From assembly GCA_964016885.1 (NCBI GenBank), contig OZ024741.1, positions 194,184,001 to 194,248,000 of the forward strand: 64,000 nucleotides of DNA, in the 5' to 3' direction. The position numbers were made by a program, and so were the translations under genes. Positions within the stretch are counted from its first letter, which is position 1, and the number at the start of each line of letters is the position of its first letter. The DNA is from Eledone cirrhosa (lineage: Eukaryota). Shown piece after piece: positions 12,720 to 23,970 of this stretch. The notes beneath the pieces were generated by a model that was not told the DNA's origin, did no database searches, and worked only from the letters and a program-made list of their open reading frames with translations.

Positions 12720-13380
12720 AGATGAGATATAACATGGCTTTGTGCCAGGATGACAAACTACTGATGCCCTCTTAATGAAACAACTGAAGGAGAAGTATCT
12801 AGCTAGCATACTTCATCAACCTGGAGAAGGCTTATAAGGTTCCACCCTCAGTAGATTAGTGATTGCTAAGAAGACTAGGGGTAGATCGATGACTTAGAGT
12901 AAGTCATCCATCTACTCCTAGTCTTCTTACATTGATAGAGATGCTGTCAGTCAGATGAGAGCTTGAGTTCAGTAGCAAATTTATCATGCAGGTTAGTGTC
13001 CACAAGAGCCTAGTACTCAGCTTCATGGTTATTAGATATCTCCACACTATAACAGAGGAGTTTAAATACTTATATGCTGATGACAAAGGTCCTATAGTTG
13101 AATCTATTAAAGATTTAGAAAAGAAATTCCAGACATGGAAACAAAAACTAGAATCAAAAGCTTCAAAAGGAATTTAGCAAAGGCAAAAGTTTTAGTAAGT
13201 ATGAAAAAAGGCAGAATATAACTGCTAAAGGGCTATGCTCAATATGTAGAAATAAATTAGATAGGAATTTCATACTGTGTACTAAATATAAACTATGAGT
13301 GAATAAGAGATATGTTGGAATTAGAGACATGCTAACAGAGTAGATAGACTTTGTATGGGACAGATAAACAGTGGAAGTCC
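12720..13380 (+). mobile_element. Highly degenerate RTE RT fragment
   Basis: ITEEFK..YADD remnant and a degenerate PHD region, with many stop codons. Confidence 0.7.
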
Positions 13381-13711
13381 TAACATGTATCCCTTCATGG
13401 AGCCTGTACTCTAAACTTTTGTCCAATTATTCCTGCCAAAAAGGTTCTATCACAAACATAGATATGTAGGTTACTCTGATCTCTGACCACAAAGGGTCAA
13501 CTGAGTGGGAAGGGCTACGTGGGATATAGTCATGGATCCTTGTTCTCACACTAATTACTGAAAAGAAGGAATGAAGGAAGTGGGTATTTAATTGGATAAA
13601 TTTCTTCAAAGTTACATTTATAGAGTAAGTCAATCATGTTAAAATTATGTTATTAACTATAATTAGAGATAAGAAGAAGAAAGCAATATTTAGAAATTAT
13701 GGATTATTTAC

Positions 13712-13806
13712 CTTTGAGATTATTTCAGCAATATTACGTAATGACTGCTTGATTGGATATTTAGCAAGATCCCACTGAAACCTTGACAGGTAAGTAACAA
13801 GATCAA
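13712..13806 (-). CDS. ATP6V1C1: V-ATPase subunit C, coding exon 4 ([32 protein letters not shown]), 95 nt
   Basis: Carries the hallmark [15 protein letters not shown] motif. Acceptor gtttacag, donor gtaaat, phase consistent. Confidence 0.96.
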
Positions 13807-13894
13807 CTGTAAACAAACAAAGTGTTGTTAGTTTGACACTATACAATAGTAAACAGTAAACAATAGTAAATAGAATGTAGTGTTATTAGTGGCA

Positions 13895-14808
13895 CACTAA
13901 ACAATAGGGGATGGCAATCGGCCATCTTACCTGTTAGATATGCTGGCCTTGGCCTCCGGTCCCCGATCTCACTGGCTTTGTCGGCGTTTCTTTCATCGGT
14001 AACCTCATGCTGCGTCCTCATCAACAAGGTTCTCCTAAATACAATGGAACCCACTGTGATCAAGGAACATGAGGCCGCCTGCGAGACGTGGAACCAGCTT
14101 GGACTTAGCCCAGTAGACATCCCTCTTCCTTCTCCCCCTGCTGACGTCAAGTCCATCCAGTTCAGACAGGCTAGTGCACCAGTTCGACCAGCACAGCCTT
14201 GCATGTTTTCACATGGCCTCACAACCCCACAGCCATGCCTTACCCTACTTCTCCACTGGCACGCAGCTAGACAATGATAGACTGCGCATCAGGGTTTCCC
14301 TGAGGCTTGGCCTCCGGATCTGTGAGTCACACAAATGTCACTGCAGATCCACCATGGACTCTTTCGGCCTCCACCCACTTTCTTGTCACTACAGTGCTGG
14401 CCGCCTTCCATGCCAGGCCGCTCTCAATGAGGTCATAAAGCAAGGCTTGGATGCTGCAGGCTTCCCCTCCCAGCTTGAGCTGATGGGGCTGGCAAAAGGC
14501 CAGACGGTATGACCATCTTCCCATTCCCCAGTGGTAAACCCTCATCTGGAATACCACATGCAGTGACATATTCTCCAGTGGCAACCTGGTGCAGTCAGCC
14601 TTGGGCTTCCTCCCTACTTACGGTGGTAAGTAGGGAGGTAGCCCAAGGGCCAAGGACACCAGTAGTCTCCACTGCTAGGGGCACGACCGCAAACCTGTTG
14701 GAGAGTGACCGATACTTGGAGAGTTAGCCCTCCTCAGCCTAAAGTGTAGCAAAATCTGGGTTAGTCAGTCGCAGACTGCACCAGGTTGCCACTGGAGAAT
14801 GTGTCACT
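13895..14808 (+). mobile_element. CRE-like (RLE-type) non-LTR retrotransposon 3' fragment, with its last part inverted (about 14622-14808)
   Basis: LPVRYAGLGLR, the zinc-knuckle region (C.C....D..GLHPLSC) and KRPDG are present. The minus strand of 14622-14808 continues with KYRSL..VVPLAVETTGVLGP. Confidence 0.78.
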
Positions 14809-14853
14809 TCCTGATGATTTCTCACAAATGAAACAGTTCTAGTCCAGTAGAAG
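14807..14853 (+). ncRNA. Minimal type-I hammerhead ribozyme at a PLE 3' end (tail extends to about 14938)
   Basis: cttc-CTGATGA-stem II-GAAAC..GTA-gaag, with stem I cttc/gaag. Stems II and III are imperfect. Confidence 0.65.
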
Positions 14854-14937
14854 CCATTTCTATATTAAATATTTATACTCAGCTATGTATTGAGTACCTT
14901 ACTTACTGTGGTTACCCCCGATTGAACCCGGGATAAA

Positions 14938-14985
<48 letters not shown>

Positions 14986-14999
14986 TAAATAAATATATA

Positions 15000-16190
15000 T
15001 ATATTTTGTTTCTGAATTTGTTTAGCAAGATTCTTTATCTGAAAACGTGTGTTGAAACCGATATTGTTATACTTTGGGAGGGTCATGTTGCCAATAAGAA
15101 ACACACGCACCAGTTGCTTTCACTTCAATTTATTATTATAAATTTATAAATTTCCGGTTGGTTGGTTGGTTGGTTCCACAACCAGATGGTTGTTTATATA
15201 TTGTCAAAGTTCTTTCGTCACACATTCTGTGACCTCTTCAGTGACTGGGGGTTCTTTTCTTTGTTTTTTGTGCCTCTCCTTTGTTCTGTCCTATGCCATC
15301 TTGTTTTTGTGTGTGTGTTGTGTGCTTAGTTTGCGCATGTGTTACATCCGGGTGTCTATGTGTGTTTATATTTGTTTATTTATTTGTTTATTTACATGTT
15401 ACTGGTTGGTTGTTTGTTTTATGTGTGTGTGTTTTCATTTTGTCCTTAATTGTAAGTTGTGATGTTGCTGTTCCACTCATGTTTTCTATTTAATTTTGGT
15501 TGTAATTCATTTATGTTTATTGCCTTTGTGATTTGTCTAAACATTGCGTCTTTTCTGTGTGTAGATTTTATTTTTATTTCTATGTTCTCTAATTTACCCT
15601 TATGTTCTATTTTAGCATGTTGTTGGAGTACAGATGATTCTTTACTATCTTGAAGGTCTCGCCAGTGTTCATTTATCCGTTCCCCTATACTACGAGCTGT
15701 CTCACCTATGTACACTATATTTTTATCTCTACATTGTCCTTCAGTACATCTTATGCTATATACTACATTTCTAGTTTTACAGTTAATATGGGGGCTTAAT
15801 TTACAGATTATAGATTTCTTATCTATACAGGGAGGTCTTTGAAAAGGGTATGTCTTGCTAATAAGTGTTTTTACGGAGGTACCTGGTCTTTCTACTATCT
15901 TAATATTGAGTTTATGTTTATCTAGGGCCCTTCTAAATTTGTAAGCTAATTCACCTCTAGGGGTTGTATTGATGAACATTACACTCTGGTATTTATTGCT
16001 ATCATACCATGAGTTTATTCTATTAACCTTATTCCTAGTTCTTTCTATTCTATTCGAAAATTTGCTCCTATACAAGGGGCAGGTCCCATTTGTGTCATTA
16101 TTTACCATTTTTTCCCAGTTTTACTGTTGTCAAAAATATTTACACCTAGACTGGATTTCTGTTGTTACATGGGATAACGGATGAGACCGA
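15000..16190 (-). mobile_element. 5'-truncated Penelope-like element: GIY-YIG endonuclease C-terminus (ORF 15446-16108), pLTR and tail
   Basis: NVVY..YIGETARS..R..EH..H...H and LN motifs in the ORF. Hammerhead-like motif at 15203-15245. Confidence 0.87.
15203..15245 (-). ncRNA. Hammerhead ribozyme-like motif in the PLE pLTR
   Basis: gtca-CTGAAGA-g-gtcac/gtgac-GAAAG-aa-CTT-tgac, with stem I gtca/tgac. Confidence 0.6.
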
Positions 16191-16354
16191 GCTCACATAA
16201 TTATTTTGCTGGAATAGTGCCTAAGGTTTTCATGTTTACATAAAGTACGTTTTACTTCTATTTATTCAAATTTACTTTGTTTAATTTAATGAGCTACATC
16301 GAAAGCTACTTGAACTGTCCAAAGGACGGGTACTTTAGATAGTATATATATATA

Positions 16355-16500
16355 TATTTATATCTGTATTTTTATCCATTGGTCAATCAATGATAAACGA
16401 TGATTGCCAAATAAATTGACTATGGAGATATAAAATATACAGAAGCGAAAATCAACCAAACAGTGAGTGTGTTCTGTTCTTCTTTCTGGCAATATTAGTA
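16355..16500 (+). mobile_element. PLE-type terminal fragment (same family as 54948-55125; tail related to 15060-15130)
   Basis: Direct sequence similarity among the three sites; flanked by (TA)n. Confidence 0.6.
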
Positions 16501-16507
16501 TATACAT

Positions 16508-19500
16508 ATCATCATCATCATCATCATCACCGTTTTACGTCCGTTCTTCCACGCTAGCATGGGTTAGACGGGTTGTCCTGTTGTGGGCAGTGTCTGGTCG
16601 GCTGACCATGCCTTGCTCATACAGGAACTGATCTGGCTTGATTTCTACAGCTGGATGCCCTTCCTAACACCAACCTCATTTACAGTGAGTGCTGGGTGCT
16701 TTTTCGTGGCGCCTACACGTCCACTTTACAGTGTGGGCTGGGTGCTTTTTTGCCGTGGCACCTCCACGACCACCTTGCGGTGGGGGGGGGGGGGCATATT
16801 GTTTATATGCTTCAGCATGTACCCATGGGAGGTCGGGTACCCTGTATTACTGCGTGACGCCAGAAGTCACGGTCGTGTGTCATTGACTTTGAGAGGTGTA
16901 GTTGGGTAAGGTCGGCTTTTATCACCTCATCCCAAGTCATCTTGGGTCTCCCCACTCCGCGGTTTCCATCAACTTCTAGTGCTCTGCACCTTTTTATGCA
17001 GCTGTCATCCTTCATACGCATCACATGTCCATACCAGCGTAACCGCCTCTCCTGCACGCAGCATTTGATTCCTCTTATGCTCAGTCTCTCTCTCAATTCA
17101 TTTATGCTTTGTCGTTCACGTATATTACTGTTACACATCCATCGGAGCATGCAGGCTTCGTTTCTCTCTAATCTACGTAAGTCTTCCACCTTCAGCGCCC
17201 AGGTCTCACTACCATGCAACATCGCTGTTCGGATACACGCATCATACAGTCTGCCTTTCATTCTGAGGGAGAAGCCTTTTGCAGCTAGCAGTGGTAGTAG
17301 TTCCCTAAACTTCTTCCATCCCGTTCTTACCCTAGTTATTGTACTTTCTGAGCACCCACCTCCGTTGCTAATTCGGTCACCTAGGTAGCAGAAGCTGTCT
17401 ACTGTTTCTACAGGGCCCTCCCAGAGATTGGTGGTACTTGTTTCCTGTGGCTGTTTGCTTGCTGTTTCAGCACAGCTGCTGCATGTGAATCCTACATTCT
17501 TAATTAAGCTTCCTGAGATCCCGCTACATCTCTTGTGTACCCATTGTTTGCATTTGGGGCAGAGAATGGAGTTCCTACCTACACCTTTCCTACATACTGA
17601 GCAAGGCCATTTCCCTGAGGGGATCTGGGTTCTGTTTTCTCGTCTACTTATAAGGACCTTAGTCTTTGTCATGTTGACTTTGAGGCCCTTTCTCTCTAGT
17701 CCCTGCTTCCAGGTTTGGAATTTATTCTCTAGTTCTACCATAGATTCAGCTATGAGTGCGAGGTCATCAGCATACAGGAGTTCCCATGGGCATCCGGTCT
17801 TAAACTCCTCCGTTATTGCCTGCAGGACTATGATGAACAGGAGAGGGCTAAGAACAGAGCCCTGGTGGACCCCAACCTGTACGCTAAATTCCTCGCTATA
17901 CTCATTGCCAATCCTAACTTTGCTGACTGCTCCCCTATACATGGCTTGTACCGCTTTCACAAGCCATTCATCTACTCCTAGTTTTCTAAGAGCCCACCAG
18001 ATTACTGCACGTGGAACTCTGTCAAAGGCTTTCTCAAGGTCGACAAATGCCAAGTAGAGTGGCTTACTTTTAGCTAGGTACTTTTCCTGTAATTGCCTCA
18101 CAAGGAAGAGCGCATCAGTGGTGCCTTTCCCTGGAACAAACCCAAATTGCATCTCGTCTATATTCACCCGGTCCCTAATCAGCTGTGCTATAACTCTTTC
18201 TGTTACTTTCATGACCTGGTCCATCAACTTTATACCTCTATAGTTTCCTCTATCTAGTGCATCGCCTTTACCTTTGTAGCAGTTGACAATGATGCTACTG
18301 CACCAATCTTTTGGTATGGCCCCCTCTAGTATTACCTGGTTAACGATACGTGTGGTTATAGTGTGACCTACAGACCCAGATGCCTTCAGCATCTCGGCAG
18401 CTATACCCGATGGACCGGTTGCCTTCCCTATCTTCATATCTCTGATTGCCTTACTTACTACGCTGCCGCTGACTTGTACTGCTGGTCCCTCTATAGGGTC
18501 TACGTGGGGTAGGGTCTCTTCTTCCCATGCATTCTCCTCATTTAGTAATCTATCATAATGACTCTTCCATGCATCTTTCTTCTCAGCACTTGTGAGGGCA
18601 AGCTCACCTTTATCATTCCGGATACACTTCTCTCCAATGACATCACAACTATCTCTGACACACTGCCTCGCAATCTTGAATACCTCCTGTTTCTGGTCCT
18701 CACGTTGTAAAACATGCTTGAATTTTCTATCCTCTGCTTCCCTCCTAGCTAAGTATACTTGTCGCCTAGCTTCCCTCTTGGTCTCTATGTAATGTACCCT
18801 GCTCCCCCCGTTCTTCCATTCTTTCCATGCCTGTCTCTTGGCCTTGACTGCTTCATCTACCTTATTGTTCCACCACCAAGTCACTCTCCTCCTGCTTGAG
18901 GTCTTACTCCAGCCACAAACCTCATCCGTCGCCTCTAGTAAGTTATTTTTTAGGAACTCCCAGTTCTCTTCTACGTTAAATGTCTCTATCTGTTCTTCTT
19001 TACTGTCGTAGGCGTTGAGTAAAATATCTTTAAATCTGTTACTGGTTGAGGGGACTTTCAGCTTCCAGATCTTTCTTCTCCAGGTTGGCCTCTGTTTCAG
19101 GGCTCGTCTAGTTCTGACCGTGAGGTCGCTGACAACTAAGCTATGTTGGGATGTACATTCCTCACTAGGGAAGGCTTTTGTGTTTACGACCGTCCATCTG
19201 TCACGTCCTCTGATGAGGATAAAATCTAACTGACTAGAGTGCTCCCCTGATCTATAGGTGATCAGGTGGTTGTCGGGTTTTTTAAAGTTTGTGTTACATA
19301 TCGACATGTCATTGGCGTCGCAGAATTCTAGAAGTCTGAATCCTTCCTCATTCCTTGTGCCAACTCCATGGCCTCCATGTACTCTATTGAAGCCGTCGCA
19401 GTGTTTACCTACGTGTCCGTTAAAATCTCCTGCAATGATTAGGAAGTCCTTGTCGTCTGTTAGAGCAGTAGCGTGTATTAGGGACTCGTAAAACCTATCC

Positions 19501-20340
19501 TTAAGTTCGTCTGGCAGCCCCGATTGGGGTGCGTAAGCTGATATTATTGTGGTAATTGTCTTATTCAGGACTAGTCTGAGTTTAATGATTCTTGCATTTA
19601 CCCTGTACACTGAGATTACTTTATCTACCCACTTGTCAGCTAATAGTATACCTACACCACCCATCCCATCGTCATTTCCCACCCAGAAAAATTTGTAGCA
19701 CTGGCTTTTTCCTACAAGGACTCTAGCAGACCCTCCTCTCCATCTAGTCTCTTGCACACAGCATACATCAACTTCCTTTCGCTCTAGCATTTCTACGATT
19801 TCTCCTGCTCTTCCTTTCATTGAGCCTACATTGATGGTACCAACTCGGAGTTTTGGGCATTTGTCGACACTCGTAGGGGAGGGTCTCTGGGTTGGCGCTT
19901 CACGTGGGTGCTTGGTAGCTCGCAGATTCATATTTCATCTATTGATTCAGAGTTGCTCGTGTATTCCCAGCTCATCCATCCCTAACGGTGGGAAAATTGA
20001 GGGCTAGAAGGACAGTGGTGGTGGGGTAATGGCAGGGTGTGTTGGGATGCGCCAGAGGAGGAGAGAGTTAGTTAGGCAGGTAGTAGCAGCAGCAGCAGTG
20101 GAAATGGCATGCTAGGTTTGATTGGTCGAATAGACTATGGTGGTGTGTGGGGGTGGGGGGGAGGGAAATTGTGAGGTAGGAACTGAGGGTCGCATGGTAA
20201 ATATCCAAGTTAATACTACATCAGTAAAATTAACAATAATAACGTCATGAAAAAAGCTACTAAGAGAAACCCTCGAAAATTTATCGCTAATACAGCAGGG
20301 AAAATTTAACGCTAATACAGCAGGGAACATCATAATATTA
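16508..20340 (-). mobile_element. Full-length RTE-clade LINE; 5' boundary uncertain (about 20340-20730)
   Basis: Intact single ORF, ~300-bp 3'UTR and a (GAT)n tail at 16508-16530. Confidence 0.93.
16812..19931 (-). CDS. RTE LINE polyprotein, 1039 aa: APE endonuclease, reverse transcriptase, C4HC3 PHD-type finger, C-terminal domain
   Basis: APE motifs (TINVG, VQET, YAP, GDFN, SQH), RT motifs (NYRGIKL, FVDLEKAFD, GVHQGSVLSPLLF, YADD) and CSVC..CPKC..WVHKRC..CSSC. No stop codons. Confidence 0.96.
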   Translation of the reverse strand: MNLRATKHPREAPTQRPSPTSVDKCPKLRVGTINVGSMKGRAGEIVEMLERKEVDVCCVQETRWRGGSARVLVGKSQCYKFFWVGNDDGMGGVGILLADKWVDKVISVYRVNARIIKLRLVLNKTITTIISAYAPQSGLPDELKDRFYESLIHATALTDDKDFLIIAGDFNGHVGKHCDGFNRVHGGHGVGTRNEEGFRLLEFCDANDMSICNTNFKKPDNHLITYRSGEHSSQLDFILIRGRDRWTVVNTKAFPSEECTSQHSLVVSDLTVRTRRALKQRPTWRRKIWKLKVPSTSNRFKDILLNAYDSKEEQIETFNVEENWEFLKNNLLEATDEVCGWSKTSSRRRVTWWWNNKVDEAVKAKRQAWKEWKNGGSRVHYIETKREARRQVYLARREAEDRKFKHVLQREDQKQEVFKIARQCVRDSCDVIGEKCIRNDKGELALTSAEKKDAWKSHYDRLLNEENAWEEETLPHVDPIEGPAVQVSGSVVSKAIRDMKIGKATGPSGIAAEMLKASGSVGHTITTRIVNQVILEGAIPKDWCSSIIVNCYKGKGDALDRGNYRGIKLMDQVMKVTERVIAQLIRDRVNIDEMQFGFVPGKGTTDALFLVRQLQEKYLAKSKPLYLAFVDLEKAFDRVPRAVIWWALRKLGVDEWLVKAVQAMYRGAVSKVRIGNEYSEEFSVQVGVHQGSVLSPLLFIIVLQAITEEFKTGCPWELLYADDLALIAESMVELENKFQTWKQGLERKGLKVNMTKTKVLISRRENRTQIPSGKWPCSVCRKGVGRNSILCPKCKQWVHKRCSGISGSLIKNVGFTCSSCAETASKQPQETSTTNLWEGPVETVDSFCYLGDRISNGGGCSESTITRVRTGWKKFRELLPLLAAKGFSLRMKGRLYDACIRTAMLHGSETWALKVEDLRRLERNEACMLRWMCNSNIRERQSINELRERLSIRGIKCCVQERRLRWYGHVMRMKDDSCIKRCRALEVDGNRGVGRPKMTWDEVIKADLTQLHLSKSMTHDRDFWRHAVIQGTRPPMGTC

Positions 20341-20444
20341 ACGACATGAAAAAGCTACTAAGAGAAACCCTCGAAAATTTATCGCTAATACAGCAGGGAA
20401 AATTTAACGCTAATACAGCAGGGAACATCATAATATTAACGACA
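20237..20444. repeat. ~100-bp tandem duplication at or near the RTE 5' end; 20175-20218 also recurs in pieces at 20633-20728
   Basis: aacg(t/a)catgaaaaagctactaagagaaaccctcg... occurs twice. Confidence 0.85.
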
Positions 20445-20901
20445 ATATGTAGGCTAAAATACCTTCGTAGATTAGGTGGATGGCTGGCTGGGAAAATTTG
20501 AATCAGCTCAGTGGTACATTTTAGCAGAGAAGAATGGCAAAGTGTCTTATCTCTTCAATATTTTCAGATTGAATGAATTAGGTTAAAGACAGGGTAGTAA
20601 GCCTTAAAGAAGTGCATAGAGGGAGGGGGGGGTAGGAACTGAGGGTCGCATGGTAAATAACTGAGAGAGATACAATAGGATTAGAATACCGCATGGTAAA
20701 TATCCAAGTTAATAAGTTAATACTACATATATATTAATTAATTAATTAAAATATGATGTATTTTATTAGAAATATAGAAATGAAAAAAATTAATGGATAT
20801 CAAATGAGTACATTTTTTAAAATCAGATTATTCATGCTAAAATTTCAATTTATAAATAATAATTTCAGATCTCAATAGAATAGTAAAAATAATTGATTTA
20901 C

Positions 20902-20987
20902 CTCCACCTGCTTTGAGGTTCTCACGTAGGTTTTCTCTTTGATTTTCCAGTACCTCACCAAGATAATGGGCCAATTTACGTGTTACT
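20902..20987 (-). CDS. ATP6V1C1: V-ATPase subunit C, coding exon 3 (VTRKLAHYLGEVLENQRENLRENLKAGG), 86 nt
   Basis: Translation is in frame between the neighbouring exons. Acceptor tattccag, donor gtaaat. Confidence 0.93.
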
Positions 20988-21147
20988 CTGGAATAATCAG
21001 AAAATGTTTCAGTAACTATTTTCCTTCAACTACATCTGACCTTCAATTTCTACCGACAGATATTAATAACCAATGAAATTTCTGAGTGATTTTGGTAATA
21101 AAACCAAACAAACCTAAACATTACCTGGTGCTGTTTTGAAGAATTCA

Positions 21148-21525
21148 TCAATCATCATCATTTTTTAACATCAGTTTTCCTTCCAAGCAAGAGTTGAACA
21201 TGTCACACACAGTAATCAGGAGGAGCCTCTGACATCTAAATAGGCCTGGGATCTGACATTTGATCTTGCAAATTTTAGCATGGCACTAACACTAAGGAGG
21301 TTGTGTTGTTTATGGTACAGCTGAAGTCTTTCTGACCCTGTGTTTGGCAGGTTTTCTATGGCTGTATGTCCTTTCTATTACTAACCCATTACAGGAGTGT
21401 ATAGGGTGATCATTTATTGTGTAGATCAACCAACACTAGGGAGGTTGTCATATCTATGGCACAGCTGAAGAGTCTTCCTGGTCCTGTGTTTGGCAGGTTT
21501 TCTATGGCTGGATGCCTTTTTTATC
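21148..21525 (-). mobile_element. Old RTE-type 3' end with a ~140-bp internal tandem duplication
   Basis: (GAT)n-like tail and two copies of the ggcaggttttctatggctggatgcc motif seen in the other RTE 3'UTRs. Confidence 0.65.
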
Positions 21526-21704
21526 AATGTTACTCTAAACATGGTCTGAATAGAAAGGTTTACAGAATCTTCAGATTTTCTCAATCCTAGCTGTCAGTCC
21601 TCTTATCAATAGTGTTCTGCTAGACACCACTACATTTTCTAGCAATTTTTATGGACAGGACATTAAAAATATATTCATGTCCTACTCTCTCTTTTTACTA
21701 TCTA

Positions 21705-21966
21705 AATCCTTTAACTGTTTTTATACCAACTGTCTGGAACTGCCTAGACTTTATGAAACAAAGCTCACCAATTTAAAATGTTCATATTTATATTAAAATC
21801 TTCCATAAAAAATAAAAAAAAAAAACTTTTGTTAATGTTCCAAATCAGCTTAATAATGAAAAGGTTAATTATTTTATTAAATCCCTCCAAATTTTTGATG
21901 ATTTTCAAAATTAATTGAAACACAATGGTAGTGTGTTTGATTAGAAATAATTAATGAAAGGGTTAA
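21705..21966. mobile_element. piggyBac-like (TTAA) MITE family member; related copies at 25408-25635 and about 27560-27752
   Basis: Ends in ..GAAAGGG|TTAA. Internal sequence (cagcttaataatgaaaa..attagaaatatggtaa) is shared among the three copies. Confidence 0.6.
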
Positions 21967-22156
21967 ATAATGACAAATCTGACATTTGGAGAAGTTGAAA
22001 CTTTCAATTGAAATTTTACATAAAAACTGTTACACTTGGCAAACATCATATTGCAAACAGGGCTGGGATTTTTCCTTTTATTGTATACTAGTACACAAAC
22101 AATGGAATTAGTAATATTTGATTTCTTCACATCATTGTAACAAAGTATGTTTGTAG

Positions 22157-22700
22157 ATGATCTCTCTCTCTCTCTTCCTCCCTATCCATTTTCTTGTTTT
22201 CAGTGTCACATGCGTTGTAAACCCCTTTTGGATTAACTTCCTTTCCTTTCTCCTCCCTCACCCCTTCTCACTTCCGGTTTCTCCGTCTTTCTCTCTCTCT
22301 ACACTCACTTTACTGAGAATTGCCATGGGAAAACCTACCTCCTCTGTTATTACAGCCACTGGGCTTATACCCACCAGCCTGGTATAACTTCATCTATTTT
22401 CTCTTCGGTTACTTATATACATGTGCCATTGTCCTGTATTCCCCCTTCTATCGGTATGTTTACTTCGTCTTTTCCCTTTTTTTTTTCTTCCCCTCTCTTC
22501 ACTATCACTTCTTTCCCTCATAGCCTTTTCATGGATACAAAGCCATGGGCGCGCTACCAATCGATGTTCTGTTTTAAGTGGCGAACCATCCAAGATCCGT
22601 AGTAAACAGCTGATGAAGGGAATCTTTTCTCCTCTTGTTTGTGTCCTGATTACCTTCTAACACTTCATTTTCAGTAACGCTTCCCAACTCGTATTTATAT
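22157..22700 (+). repeat. Unclassified pyrimidine-rich interspersed repeat ending in (TA)n, possibly PLE/retrozyme-related
   Basis: CT-rich body ending at a microsatellite, with a degenerate hammerhead-like arrangement (22309-22604). Confidence 0.35.
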
Positions 22701-23559
22701 ATATATACACACACACATATATAAGAGAATAATTGAAAGTAGATAAATCTACCCATGTTTTAACAAAGTGCCTTAAAGCTCGATGTGTTAAACAGGTCAA
22801 ATCCTATAAGTCACAAAATCCAGGGTGTAATCCATAGAGTATGGTGCTGGTAGCTGATGACCTTGAAAATCACAGAGCATAAATATTCATTTTAGAGGAA
22901 GTAACCAAAGGCTTTACTCAGTTAAAAACCATTTATTTCTATGAATGTTTCAATTAAGAGAGACACAATACCAATCAACTAAATTTATTAGTCAATTATA
23001 TTGATGATACAAACATCTCTCAGAATCTCATCAGGAAACCGACGAGTTACTTGGTCCCATTGTTATTGCACAAGCAAATGTTCAAGAAGAGAAGGTAAAA
23101 AACAAGAAAAAGAAAAACAACCTAGATAAGATGTGTGGCAGAAAAAGCACAAGCTATGCAGTGAAAAATTGTTAGAGAGATCAAAAGTTGGATCAAAATC
23201 ACAATGGAAACCAAGAATAAAGATATTTACATTGATATTTATTACGGTGTTAGGTGTATTTAGTGATTTTGTCAATGATTCCATATACATGTATAACATA
23301 TAATCATATACTCATACTAACTTGCGTGAAAAGTTAAAACATATATAAGCATTTTACGTTTAAATTCCAACCATATGTTGATATGTAAAAAAACAATAAA
23401 ATCCCTGTATTTGTACTGGTGTTAACTTTTTAAAGTATCCCATTAATCAGTGTCTATGGTACAGTCATGTGGTAACTCGACTGCATAGTTGTATTATAAA
23501 CACATATATAATATATATAGAGGTGGACTGGGTTTAAATATATTGATTACCAGGAGACA

Positions 23560-23970
23560 AAGGGGACCAACCCACAACTACAAGTTCCAAGATCACACCC
23601 TGCAGGTAGTTGGTCTCCATCTAGAAGAGGGCTATTTCTTAAATGGTCAATTGTATGTAGGTTATTCCAGAGTAGGAAGTCCCAAGAAACTCTTCATATA
23701 TGCTCCAAAGAAAAAGTTAAAAACATTGTATATACTGAAGTTCTGTAAATACTTTATAATTTTTGTAGAATACATTTTTCTGTTCTTTTCTTATTACTTT
23801 CTTTATTTAGATATTCTAAAGATATCTGTAAAATTATGTTATGCAATATTTAAATACCTTTTAATGTCTTTTATTTTAAGGAAAATGAGCATTATGGTAG
23901 ATGCCAATAGATGCCGTATGAATAGATTTGAGCACAGTACAGACCGGGGCTAAAGCCAGGAGGCCACTAG
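23560..23970 (+). mobile_element. Helitron 3' remnant (PIF1-helicase C-terminus plus terminal hairpin/CTAG)
   Basis: LQVVGLHLE...GQLYVGYSRVGSPKKLFIYAP resembles the helicase motif V-VI region. An imperfect hairpin ccggggctaaagccagg is followed by CTAG at 23967-23970. Confidence 0.8.

Noticed and set aside
16942-19491. Plus-strand ORFs overlapping the RTE ORF (likewise the antisense ORFs over the other LINE copies)
   Set aside because: They are antisense shadows of RT coding sequence and recur only because the elements are homologous.
23010-23045. Minus-strand CTGATGA as a hammerhead core
   Set aside because: No downstream GAAA, stem III or stem I pairing was found.
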